Positions 56,356-64,000 of a stretch of DNA of 64,000 bases are shown here, in pieces; position 1 is the first letter of the stretch, and the number at the start of each line of letters is the position of its first letter. The translations under genes and the position numbers were made by a program. Origin of the DNA: a virus (lineage: Duplodnaviria; Caudoviricetes); IMG/VR virus record IMGVR_UViG_3300028809_000012, positions 942-64,941 of that record, one strand, 5' to 3'. The notes beneath the pieces are model-generated. The model saw nothing but the letters and a program-made list of their open reading frames with translations. It was not told the DNA's origin and searched no databases.

Positions 56356-56886
56356 TCACGTCTCCAGCAGTCCCACCTGATCTGGTATCCCGGCGACACG
56401 GAGGACTGGCGGCACCCCGTCCCACAGCACGTGCGTCTGGTACTCGAACGTGGCGTCCAGCGCCTCCTGCGCCGCCTGTATGATCTCGCACGCCTCGTCC
56501 TCCCGCAGCTCCCGCCCGAACATGCCGGACGCCAAAACGGCCACGGGAACGGCGCGCTGGTCCACCTCGACCTCAACCACCCCCGCGGCGTGCAAGCTGT
56601 CCTGCACGCGATCCACGAGCGGCGCATGGGCCTTACCGCGAGCACGGGCACGGCGGGCGGCGATGCTCCCCGCGCCCTCGTCCCGCAGGCGGTCGCGTTC
56701 GCCGGCCAGCAGCTTGTCCAGCATGCGACGGTCCGTGACGCGGTGACTGTTCTCCAGCGCACAATCCACGCAGCCGGCCGTGTACTCGGCGTGCGCGCAT
56801 CCGCTGGCGGGACCACTGGCCCACGGACGGTTGAGCGCTTCCGTCAGGCTGCGGGCGAAGCGGGCGGGATCCAGTCCCTTGCTCAC
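56356..56886 (-). CDS. Hypothetical protein
   Basis: Leftward operon; GTG overlapping upstream stop. Confidence 0.45.
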   Translation of the reverse strand: MSKGLDPARFARSLTEALNRPWASGPASGCAHAEYTAGCVDCALENSHRVTDRRMLDKLLAGERDRLRDEGAGSIAARRARARGKAHAPLVDRVQDSLHAAGVVEVEVDQRAVPVAVLASGMFGRELREDEACEIIQAAQEALDATFEYQTHVLWDGVPPVLRVAGIPDQVGLLET

Positions 56887-57257
56887 TGGCCTTCCTCGCT
56901 CTTTTCCTGTTCGATCTTGAGCAGGGCCAGCCACGACGCGATGGCGAGCGGTGCGTTACCGTGCTTGGGCCACGTCTCCGGATCATCGCCGTTCATCTCC
57001 GCCACCATCCGGCGCAGGGTGTCTATGTCCTCCAGCGCCCGTGCGAGGGGATGCTTGGGGCAGACACGGACATGCTGGTGCAGGATCTCTTGCATGGAAG
57101 GCTGTACCGAATCGGCAGGTCCGTAGCGATGCCCGCAGTACACGCAGTTGACGTACATGCCGGACTGAAGATCGCTTACCCACCTTCGCAGGCTCTCTAT
57201 CTGCGCCCGAAGCGCCTCGTTTTCCTGACGCAGCGCGAATTCAAAATCCTCTGTCAT
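56883..57257 (-). CDS. Hypothetical Zn-binding phage protein
   Basis: CVYCGHRYGP...HVRVCPKHP; GGAGG RBS. Confidence 0.6.
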   Translation of the reverse strand: MTEDFEFALRQENEALRAQIESLRRWVSDLQSGMYVNCVYCGHRYGPADSVQPSMQEILHQHVRVCPKHPLARALEDIDTLRRMVAEMNGDDPETWPKHGNAPLAIASWLALLKIEQEKSEEGQ

Positions 57258-57694
57258 TCCGGTCCTCCCACGTTTTTGAGTAGCCGCAGCGCCCATCCTA
57301 CCTTGGCCGTGAACTGAGATTCGGTGTCGATGCCCTTCAGGTAGCGCCGCAGGAGGGGACTGAACTCCGCCGTACGCCCCCACAGCCCGCCGCGTGGATG
57401 ATCCGCCGGGCGCGCGATGTGGCGGCGCAACGTGCGGATGCTGTCGGCAAGCTGCCAACGCGCGCGCAGAGATCCGCCGCGTATCCACTCCACCGGCTGC
57501 GTGACTTGCATGCGATACAGCAACACAGCGTTGCGGATAACACGATTCAGCATGCGCTGCATCCGTCCGTCCAGTTTTGGCGGCATCAGCAGCGCGCGCT
57601 TCATCCGGTACGCCTGCTCGCCGCGGGCCTTCAGCGCATAGTCCACCTCCGCCCAGCGCTCGTGCAGCTCCAGCCAGGAATGCCGCGGGATCAT
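57254..57694 (-). CDS. Hypothetical protein
   Basis: Coupled ORF. Confidence 0.45.
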   Translation of the reverse strand: MIPRHSWLELHERWAEVDYALKARGEQAYRMKRALLMPPKLDGRMQRMLNRVIRNAVLLYRMQVTQPVEWIRGGSLRARWQLADSIRTLRRHIARPADHPRGGLWGRTAEFSPLLRRYLKGIDTESQFTAKVGWALRLLKNVGGPE

Positions 57695-58084
57695 GGGGTA
57701 GCCTCGGGCACGTTCGGGCGAATCAGCACATGCCTGCCGGTGGATTTGCGGTCCTCTTTCGCCATCGATACCGCTGCGTCGATGGGTGTCGCATGCCCGA
57801 CAATCTCTCCGGTGTCTTGGAAAACAAGCTCCCAACAATCTTGGATTCGATTCGTGGTCATGGCTGCACCACAGATGGGTGGATGGTGTAAACTGCGCCG
57901 CCCGCCGAGTAGCCCCACGCTGTCCGTTCTCCGCGGACCCGGATGCCCAGCTCACGCTTCGCGGCTTCCTCGCTGCCGAACGTGCCCCACACAACCGTGT
58001 CGTCCTCCCTACTGTAGCGCAGCACCATCCACACCTCCTGCGTCGGCCGCTCTCCCACTACGGCCTCTTGCATCTCTTCTTCGT

Positions 58085-58528
58085 TCATCGGATCGCCTCC
58101 AGATTCAGCCGCAATGTCTCATAACCCCCCAACACGTACCGCAGGCCGGCTTCCTCACACGCGCGCTGGAAATCCTTCTGTTCCTCGCTCTGGCGCCCGC
58201 CCTTGCCCTTGGCCTCCCAAAAGAGCAGGCCGTGCTTGGGATGGATCGCGGTCACATCGGGGAATCCGGGGTCTTGCGTCCCCCGCGCGTCACGCTGTCC
58301 CACACGCCAGACTCGCCATCCCTGCGCCTCAAACAGGGCGATCCCGGACCGCTGCTCGTCCGCTTCAGCCCGCTCCGGCGGCACCGAAGGCGGTCGTCCC
58401 GGCGCGGTGCGGTGCTTTGCGTTCTCGGCCCCCAGCATGGCGCTGATGCGGTCCTTCAGCGCGTCTCCGGCAAGGGGGCTGTCCATCAGGCGGCGCAGCT
58501 CGTCCGGCGACATCTCCTCTAGGCGCAT
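58085..58528 (-). CDS. VRR-NUC (PD-(D/E)xK) nuclease
   Basis: PGFPDV...FWEAKGKGGRQSEEQKDF. Confidence 0.8.
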   Translation of the reverse strand: MRLEEMSPDELRRLMDSPLAGDALKDRISAMLGAENAKHRTAPGRPPSVPPERAEADEQRSGIALFEAQGWRVWRVGQRDARGTQDPGFPDVTAIHPKHGLLFWEAKGKGGRQSEEQKDFQRACEEAGLRYVLGGYETLRLNLEAIR

Positions 58529-58849
58529 CCAAACTTCTCCTTCAGGCGAGAGGCGAGTTCCTTGACAAGCAAGATGTCCGTACACCGCTCACAGATGTAA
58601 TCGTATTCACAATCACATCCGCGCTCCAACTCAGTCACCGCTTCAATCAAAAGCTTTACATCTTCATCCTTCATCGTGGCCTCCACGTCGTTGCGTGCAC
58701 CATGGCCGGCGTCTCCGACAGCCGCTTACGCCCCATCTCCCGCATCAGGTCCAATCGGTTGCGTTCCCGCTGCGTGGCGAGGAACGCATACCACCCCAGC
58801 GCGCCCCATAGGACCGTGACGGTGAGGGCGGCGGGTACGAGGAGGTGTT

Positions 58850-59248
58850 TCACGGCTCGGCGCTCCCCGTGGCGAGTGCGTACACCTTCTCCACCTCGTC
58901 CGGCAGCAGCAGTGCGTTGTCGTCGGACAGGCGGCGCGCCTTGCGGATGATGGCGGCGATGTCCATCAACCGCGCCTCGGCGGCCAGAAGCCGCGCTTCC
59001 GCGGAGGAGTTGTCCTTGAAGATTGGCTCCTCAATTACAGTGGGCGTGTCGGTCCACACCACATCGAAGGCTCCGCGGGGGCAATCCGCCTCCAGCGGCG
59101 CCGCGATGATGCTGTTGGGCATGTCGATCCACGCCATGCGGTCTGCCTCCGCCCAGCGCTTGTGCAGATCCAGCGGCGCCATCTCCGCCTCACCCGGCAT
59201 GGCGTCCATCGGGCCGGGGTTCCCGTGTGTTGTCGTGATCGTCTTCAT
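58850..59248 (-). CDS. Hypothetical protein
   Basis: Leftward ORF; start uncertain. Confidence 0.35.
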   Translation of the reverse strand: MKTITTTHGNPGPMDAMPGEAEMAPLDLHKRWAEADRMAWIDMPNSIIAAPLEADCPRGAFDVVWTDTPTVIEEPIFKDNSSAEARLLAAEARLMDIAAIIRKARRLSDDNALLLPDEVEKVYALATGSAEP

Positions 59249-59658
59249 GTTTTGATCGTAATGGGGAGACATGGGCATAGGACACCTGCCGTTGCACTGA
59301 ACCCACGAGTTCCCGTCCGTCATTCCGCACTTTGGACAAAACACCGGGTCCGTCCTGCCTGAGACACATAGACGGGTGAGAAGGGGACGGCTTGTTTCCA
59401 TCGTCTTCATGGCAGGTATTAGTATGCGGAAAGTGCTTCGTCTCGACACTCGCGGCACAGCTCGCCGTCCGTCTCGTGGTCGCCAATTCCTATCCCACAG
59501 CCACAGTCCTCCACCAGCACGTCACCGCAGCCTGCGCACACGATACTATGCTTGTCCACCGGTTCCAGCGGCGGGTGTGCGTCCGATTCGCTGGGCTCGT
59601 CCTCGAAGTCGTACTCGTAGAGCATACCCATCCTTGGTTGCCGTCGTTGATAGCAGCC

Positions 59659-59688
59659 TTGACAACACCGTTGCCACAATAGTAAGTT
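59659..59688 (+). promoter_or_regulatory. Promoter TTGACA-N18-TAAGTT
   Basis: Upstream of Cro-like gene at the point where gene direction diverges. Confidence 0.55.
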
Positions 59689-59745
59689 GGCTTCGACCGA
59701 CGCGCAAGGGTTGTGTCGGGCGTCACCAACAGCAGGAGGAATGCG

Positions 59746-60030
59746 ATGCCGCACGAGGCGGCGGATGACGGACGAGAGGCGATGATCCAGCGGGCGGCGA
59801 TGAACGAGCTGCTGCGAAACCGCTCGCCGGGGGAGCGCATCCGCTTCCTCCGCATCGAGCGGCGCATGTCGCAGACGGACCTTGCCGACGCGGTGAAGAA
59901 CCTCGGCGCGTCCTGTAGCGGGAAATGGAAGATAAGCCGGTGGGAAGCGGGGATGCGTCCCCGTGAGCAGGCGAGAAAGGCGCTGGCACAGGTGCTCGGC
60001 GTGGAAGAAAGCGTACTTTTCAACCAGTAA
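59746..60030 (+). CDS. Cro/XRE-family HTH regulator
   Basis: RIRFLRIERRMSQTDLADAV...ISRWEAG..P...LAQVLGV; AGGAGG RBS. Confidence 0.85.
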   Translation: MPHEAADDGREAMIQRAAMNELLRNRSPGERIRFLRIERRMSQTDLADAVKNLGASCSGKWKISRWEAGMRPREQARKALAQVLGVEESVLFNQ

Positions 60031-60045
60031 CAGAGGCAAGAGACG

Positions 60046-60765
60046 ATGGCGATTCCGGTTCCCGAAGATGGCGGCTTCACCCGGCACCTGCCCCCGGCGG
60101 GGCGCAGCAACGCGGTGTGCGTGGACGTGCACTACCTCGGCTTGGTGACGCAGAAGAAGTTCCAGTCCACCGAAACTGAGGAGGTGCCGATGCTTCTCCT
60201 CAGTTTCGCCGTGGGTGATCGGCAGGGCAACGCGTACCACAATCCGGAGATGGGCTGGCCGCTTACCGTGTCCAACCGCTACCGCTTCTCCCTGGCGCCG
60301 CAGGCGAAGCTGCGCAAGGTGATCGAGCGCTGGTGCAACGGCGGACGCCCGCTCACGGAGGAGCAGACCGCGCAGTTGAAGAAGGACATCGAAAAGCCGC
60401 TGCTGGGACGCACGGCCGAGATTTCCATCAGCCACACGGAGGACGGCAGGTTCGCCAACATCGACAACGGCGGGCAATGGATCGAGGCGCTGCCGAACGG
60501 CTACACGCCGATGCAGATCCCCAGCAACTACGTGCGGATCAAGGATCGCTCTCCGCGGGACGAGCAGGGCTCGTCCCAGCCCAGCGCCAGCCGTTCGGAT
60601 GCTGCCTCGCCCGCACGACAAGCGGCGTCAGATCCGTTCGGTGGTGGCGACGATCCCTTCGGCGGTCCGATGTCACCGCCCATCGGCGCCGGGCCGCGCG
60701 CGAACACGTACGACAACTATCAGGCGCCACCGATGAACGACGACGGATTGGATATTCCTTTTTAA
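60046..60765 (+). CDS. Putative ssDNA-binding/replication protein
   Basis: Beta-rich N-domain (LPPAG..AVCVDV..LG), disordered tail ending DDGLDIPF. Confidence 0.7.
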   Translation: MAIPVPEDGGFTRHLPPAGRSNAVCVDVHYLGLVTQKKFQSTETEEVPMLLLSFAVGDRQGNAYHNPEMGWPLTVSNRYRFSLAPQAKLRKVIERWCNGGRPLTEEQTAQLKKDIEKPLLGRTAEISISHTEDGRFANIDNGGQWIEALPNGYTPMQIPSNYVRIKDRSPRDEQGSSQPSASRSDAASPARQAASDPFGGGDDPFGGPMSPPIGAGPRANTYDNYQAPPMNDDGLDIPF

Positions 60766-60781
60766 CTTCCCTTTTGGCGTT

Positions 60782-60842
60782 GTCCTCGCTAAGTTTGCCT
60801 CTGATAAGGGCGGGCCTTATCAGAGGCAAACTTAGCGAGGAC
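60782..60842. terminator. 28-bp perfect inverted repeat
   Basis: gtcctcgctaagtttgcctctgataagg-gcggg-ccttatcagaggcaaacttagcgaggac. Confidence 0.6.
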
Positions 60843-60846
60843 GGAC

Positions 60847-61299
60847 TTGGTGAACCAGAAACGATGCAGGGGAATCTGCGGTAGAATTCTGCCGTTATCT
60901 GAATTTTATCGTCATCCCAAGATGGCGGACGGTCACCTTAACCATTGTAAACGGTGCAAAACCAAATACGCCAAAGATCGCTATGCCGAAGGAATGCAGG
61001 ATTCATCATGGGTTGACAAGGAAAGAAGGCGCGCGAGGAGCAAATACCACCGTCTTTACGCCTCTGGACGTAAGCGGGTATGGGTGGAACAACCGCCGCA
61101 AATCAAGCGGTCAGCTCGCGCCATGCTTCGTGTCGCGGTTTTGAGCGGGAGAATACAAAAACCAAGCAATTGCGAACAATGTGGTAAAGCTGCTGGAGGT
61201 AGAAATTTGCATGGACACCACGAAGATTACTATCGTCCGCTTGATGTGCGATGGCTTTGCGCGAAGTGTCACACACAGGAACACTTGTCTGCTCCTTAA
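60847..61299 (+). CDS. HNH endonuclease-like protein (lower GC)
   Basis: C..C...EFY.H....DG....CK.C; CEQCG...HGHHEDYYRPLDVRWLCAKCH; start uncertain. Confidence 0.75.
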   Translation: MVNQKRCRGICGRILPLSEFYRHPKMADGHLNHCKRCKTKYAKDRYAEGMQDSSWVDKERRRARSKYHRLYASGRKRVWVEQPPQIKRSARAMLRVAVLSGRIQKPSNCEQCGKAAGGRNLHGHHEDYYRPLDVRWLCAKCHTQEHLSAP

Positions 61300-61555
61300 C
61301 ACCCAACCCCATCTGACACATGATAGAACTCGCTAGGCACCTCGTTGGTGGCGAGCGCGTGCAGCGGCCCACCGATATTACCCGCACGGGACGTGTGATC
61401 GAATGCTGTCAGTTGTTCGCGACCGTGCGCTGGAGCGACGGCAGCACGGAGGATGTGGACACGTTGTTCCACGGCTTGGATATCGAACGCAGGGGCGGAT
61501 CGTACGGCTATCGCTACATCTGCGCGCTCCCCGTCCCCACCAACTGAGCGCACCC

Positions 61556-61978
61556 ATGAGTGAATTCGTGCTGGACCGTGCAGCGATAACCATCGCCGTG
61601 GACTGGTGGGTGAACGCCATCCGGGGTGGCGCCAAGCAGGACAACGGCGATGCCATGCAATCCATGCTTACGGCGTTCGTGGCCGCGGAGATTGGCCCCC
61701 CAACGGAGTACCAGATCGATGTGTTTCGCACGAAACTCAACACCTTCCTTGTCGGCCTGTTGCTGTCCCCATCCACGCCGCGCTTCCACGACAGGTTGTT
61801 GAGCGTCGATTACCAACCGGAAGGAACTCTGTTGGCGGCAGCCAACCACGCCAACCTTAGCGCGCTGCACTTTCCCGTGAAAACGGTGATGTGGTTGAAG
61901 AACGACTCGATTCGCGTGCGCCACGGATACGGCGCATCCATCCAAACGCTTTGGGGGAAGGAATTGGAACAAGAATGA
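61556..61978 (+). CDS. Hypothetical phage protein
   Basis: AVDWW...DNGD...SVDYQP...FPVKTVM...V..GYGA. Confidence 0.6.
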   Translation: MSEFVLDRAAITIAVDWWVNAIRGGAKQDNGDAMQSMLTAFVAAEIGPPTEYQIDVFRTKLNTFLVGLLLSPSTPRFHDRLLSVDYQPEGTLLAAANHANLSALHFPVKTVMWLKNDSIRVRHGYGASIQTLWGKELEQE

Positions 61979-62595
61979 GCATCCCGTTCCCAGCCTACAA
62001 CGAACCCGTGGGCCCCGACCGCGGCAACCTGTACTACCGCCCCACCGAACTTTCGGAGGAGGTGGACGCGCTCACCGGGTACGACCGTGCGGCCATGTTC
62101 GAGGGCTTCGACGCCGCGGTCCGGCTCCGGGCGCAGGCCAAGCAGAAAATCGGTCAACTGCAATCCAGGATCGCCGGACTGGCGGCGCGCTTCGAGACGC
62201 ACGGCACCATGCCGTCGCAGGCGGAGCACGAACGCACGCAGCTCCTTGCCGAGATCATGGAAGAGGTGCGGCAGCGCTACTACTCCAACCCGGACACCGA
62301 GAAGGTACCGCCGAAGCGCGCCGGGGAGGAACCAACCACCAAGATCATCCAGTTGACGCAGGGCGAGGTGGAGGCGCGCGCCAAGGCCGACCCGCGGTAC
62401 AAGGTCCGGCTGGAGGGGGACGCGCGCCAGCGGGAGCAGCACGCGCTACTGAAGGCGGAGCTGTCGAAGGCGTGGGCGGAGTACGAGGAGTACAAGGAGT
62501 CCGGCGAGCTGATCCGCCTGCAACTGGAGGACCGGAAGTCTCTCATCTTCTACGCCTCCAACGATCCTCACCGCCGGCAGCCACACCAACCCTGA
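61975..62595 (+). CDS. Coiled-coil hypothetical protein
   Basis: Helical, EARAKADPRY. Confidence 0.55.
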   Translation: MSIPFPAYNEPVGPDRGNLYYRPTELSEEVDALTGYDRAAMFEGFDAAVRLRAQAKQKIGQLQSRIAGLAARFETHGTMPSQAEHERTQLLAEIMEEVRQRYYSNPDTEKVPPKRAGEEPTTKIIQLTQGEVEARAKADPRYKVRLEGDARQREQHALLKAELSKAWAEYEEYKESGELIRLQLEDRKSLIFYASNDPHRRQPHQP

Positions 62596-62607
62596 AGGAA
62601 GCGAACC

Positions 62608-63030
62608 ATGGAATACCACAACCTCTTTGGCGAGAAGACCACCGAGCCCGGCGCCGAGAACACGCAGGAGAAGGCGTATTTTGCTGTTGGGCGCGCGCAA
62701 CGCTCGCAGATCACGCTGGTCTGGATGGATGAGAACGGCGAGGTGCAGCGCTCCACGGTTACGGCGGAAGAAGTGCGCGGATGGCTCCGGCAAAAGCAGC
62801 CAAAGAAGCCCACAACGCAGATCTGGACGCAGGAAGGGAAGAACCCGCTCAGAGTGGAGTGGGCGGCCGGCGACGAGCGGCTGTCGTTCGTGCGCGGTGA
62901 GTACCACGACGCCAGAATGCGTAAATTTGCCGAGGAAGATGTGCGTAGCGGCCATTCCCCGGAATTCATGGGGAACCCGGTTTACATGGCCCGCTACAAC
63001 GAGTTGAAACAGGGGCGCGGCGATGTCTGA
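62608..63030 (+). CDS. Hypothetical protein
   Basis: AAGGA RBS. Confidence 0.5.
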   Translation: MEYHNLFGEKTTEPGAENTQEKAYFAVGRAQRSQITLVWMDENGEVQRSTVTAEEVRGWLRQKQPKKPTTQIWTQEGKNPLRVEWAAGDERLSFVRGEYHDARMRKFAEEDVRSGHSPEFMGNPVYMARYNELKQGRGDV

Positions 63031-63346
63031 ACGAATCGAAATCCTCCTCGCCGTGAACGAGGAAGGCGACGGATGGGTGATGGGCTGGGACGGGGATCGC
63101 ACGGAGCGCGGACCATACTCCATGTCGGCTGACGACGCATTTGGGGAGGATTTAATCCTTGGTGGCCGCGAGGCCAGCGGAGTCGGAATCCGCGATCATC
63201 CGAAGGAGCCGGGGGTACACGCTTTTGCTGGCACGATCTCGTGGAAGGACGACGAGACCGTTTTTCAGCTAACCGGAACGTGGCAAACGCTTTACGTTAC
63301 ACCCCCGCTGTTCGCGTGGCCCCGCCCGGCACCCGACAAAATGTAG
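63023..63346 (+). CDS. Hypothetical protein
   Basis: Coupled ORF. Confidence 0.45.
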   Translation: MSERIEILLAVNEEGDGWVMGWDGDRTERGPYSMSADDAFGEDLILGGREASGVGIRDHPKEPGVHAFAGTISWKDDETVFQLTGTWQTLYVTPPLFAWPRPAPDKM

Positions 63347-63500
63347 CGCTTGTGCAACACCTGTAGGATGATGTAAGTTTCTCCTCGTTCGCCCCGCCCG
63401 ACACCTTCCCTCGTCGGCGTAAACACAAAAAGACGACGCGCCCCCTGTGCCTGCGAAGCTAAGGAGCGCGTCGTCCAAGAGACGAAAGGTACACGACAAG

Positions 63501-64000
63501 ATGCACCTGAACACCTCCCCTGCGCAAGCCCCGGGCCACGACGAGGCGCAAATCGTCCTCCGGCGGCAGCGGAATTCTCCCTACACGACCATCTGCACCG
63601 TCGCGGCGCTGGACGAAGCCCTGTCCATCGACGCCCGCGGCGCGTACTTCGTGCTGGCCTCCATGCCGGAGCGCTGGAAGTTCAACATGCCCGAGCTGGG
63701 GCGCGTCTGCCGCATGGGCCGCGACAAGCTCCGCAACGCGATGCGCGAGCTGCGCGAGGCCGGCTACGTCCGCATGCTCCGCCGTCGCGGGGATGCGGGC
63801 CGGATGGCCGGATGGACGCTCGTGCTGCTGGACGAGCCCGAGGCGGCCCCGCAGCAGGCCCCGGAACCGACCAACTGGAATTCAGGCGATGGGTCCGACG
63901 CCCTGAAAAACCGACCGACTGAGATTCAGGGCGTCGGCGCTAATAATGTGGTTAATTCTTCTAACAGCGCTATTACCAATGAGTTACCCATTCCCCATCG
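63501..64000 (+). CDS. Replication initiator-like wHTH protein (truncated by window end)
   Basis: Translated manually: LSIDARGAYFVLASMPERWKFNMPELG...GRDKLRNAMRELREAGYV; promoter TTGTGC-N18-TAAGTT at 63350. Confidence 0.7.
   Translation, partial: MHLNTSPAQAPGHDEAQIVLRRQRNSPYTTICTVAALDEALSIDARGAYFVLASMPERWKFNMPELGRVCRMGRDKLRNAMRELREAGYVRMLRRRGDAGRMAGWTLVLLDEPEAAPQQAPEPTNWNSGDGSDALKNRPTEIQGVGANNVVNSSNSAITNELPIPH

Noticed and set aside
1-64000. Integrase, tRNA, rRNA, endolysin, tape measure
   Set aside because: None recognised by eye; lifestyle cannot be assigned from this window

Overview
GC-rich 64-kb segment of a tailed dsDNA phage, probably podovirus-like: portal, scaffold, capsid, adaptor-like paralogues, a P22-gp10-like tail protein and giant ejection/polyvalent proteins, with no tape measure or sheath. 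Small genes resembling Longimicrobium peptides suggest a Gemmatimonadota host (inference). Layout: replication/modification genes (C5 methyltransferase, primase-helicase, SNF2 helicase, sliding clamp), a mosaic accessory region around the terminase genes, the structural module, a leftward accessory operon and an early replication region. Main discovery: a TIGR-Tas-like RNA-guided system. Gene 8174..9463 encodes an IS110/Nop-fold protein lacking a RuvC or HNH nuclease but carrying an N-terminal RNA polymerase alpha-CTD-like domain. It is followed by a 36-37-nt dual-repeat array (AGCGAGCCG-N9-AGTCACCCG-N9), and three more arrays with the same repeats lie on the minus strand at about 25.06-25.49, 25.86-26.08 and 54.90-55.15 kb (about 28 units in total). 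One spacer pair nearly matches a motif found three times just upstream of phage promoters, suggesting RNA-guided transcription control (hypothesis). Also notable: a putative TPR-receptor/secreted-peptide module, an orphan RiPP-like precursor, nested genes inside the helicase ORF, modular gene shuffling around terL, and a structured spacer splitting the giant virion gene. All calls come from reading motifs by eye; no database searches were run.
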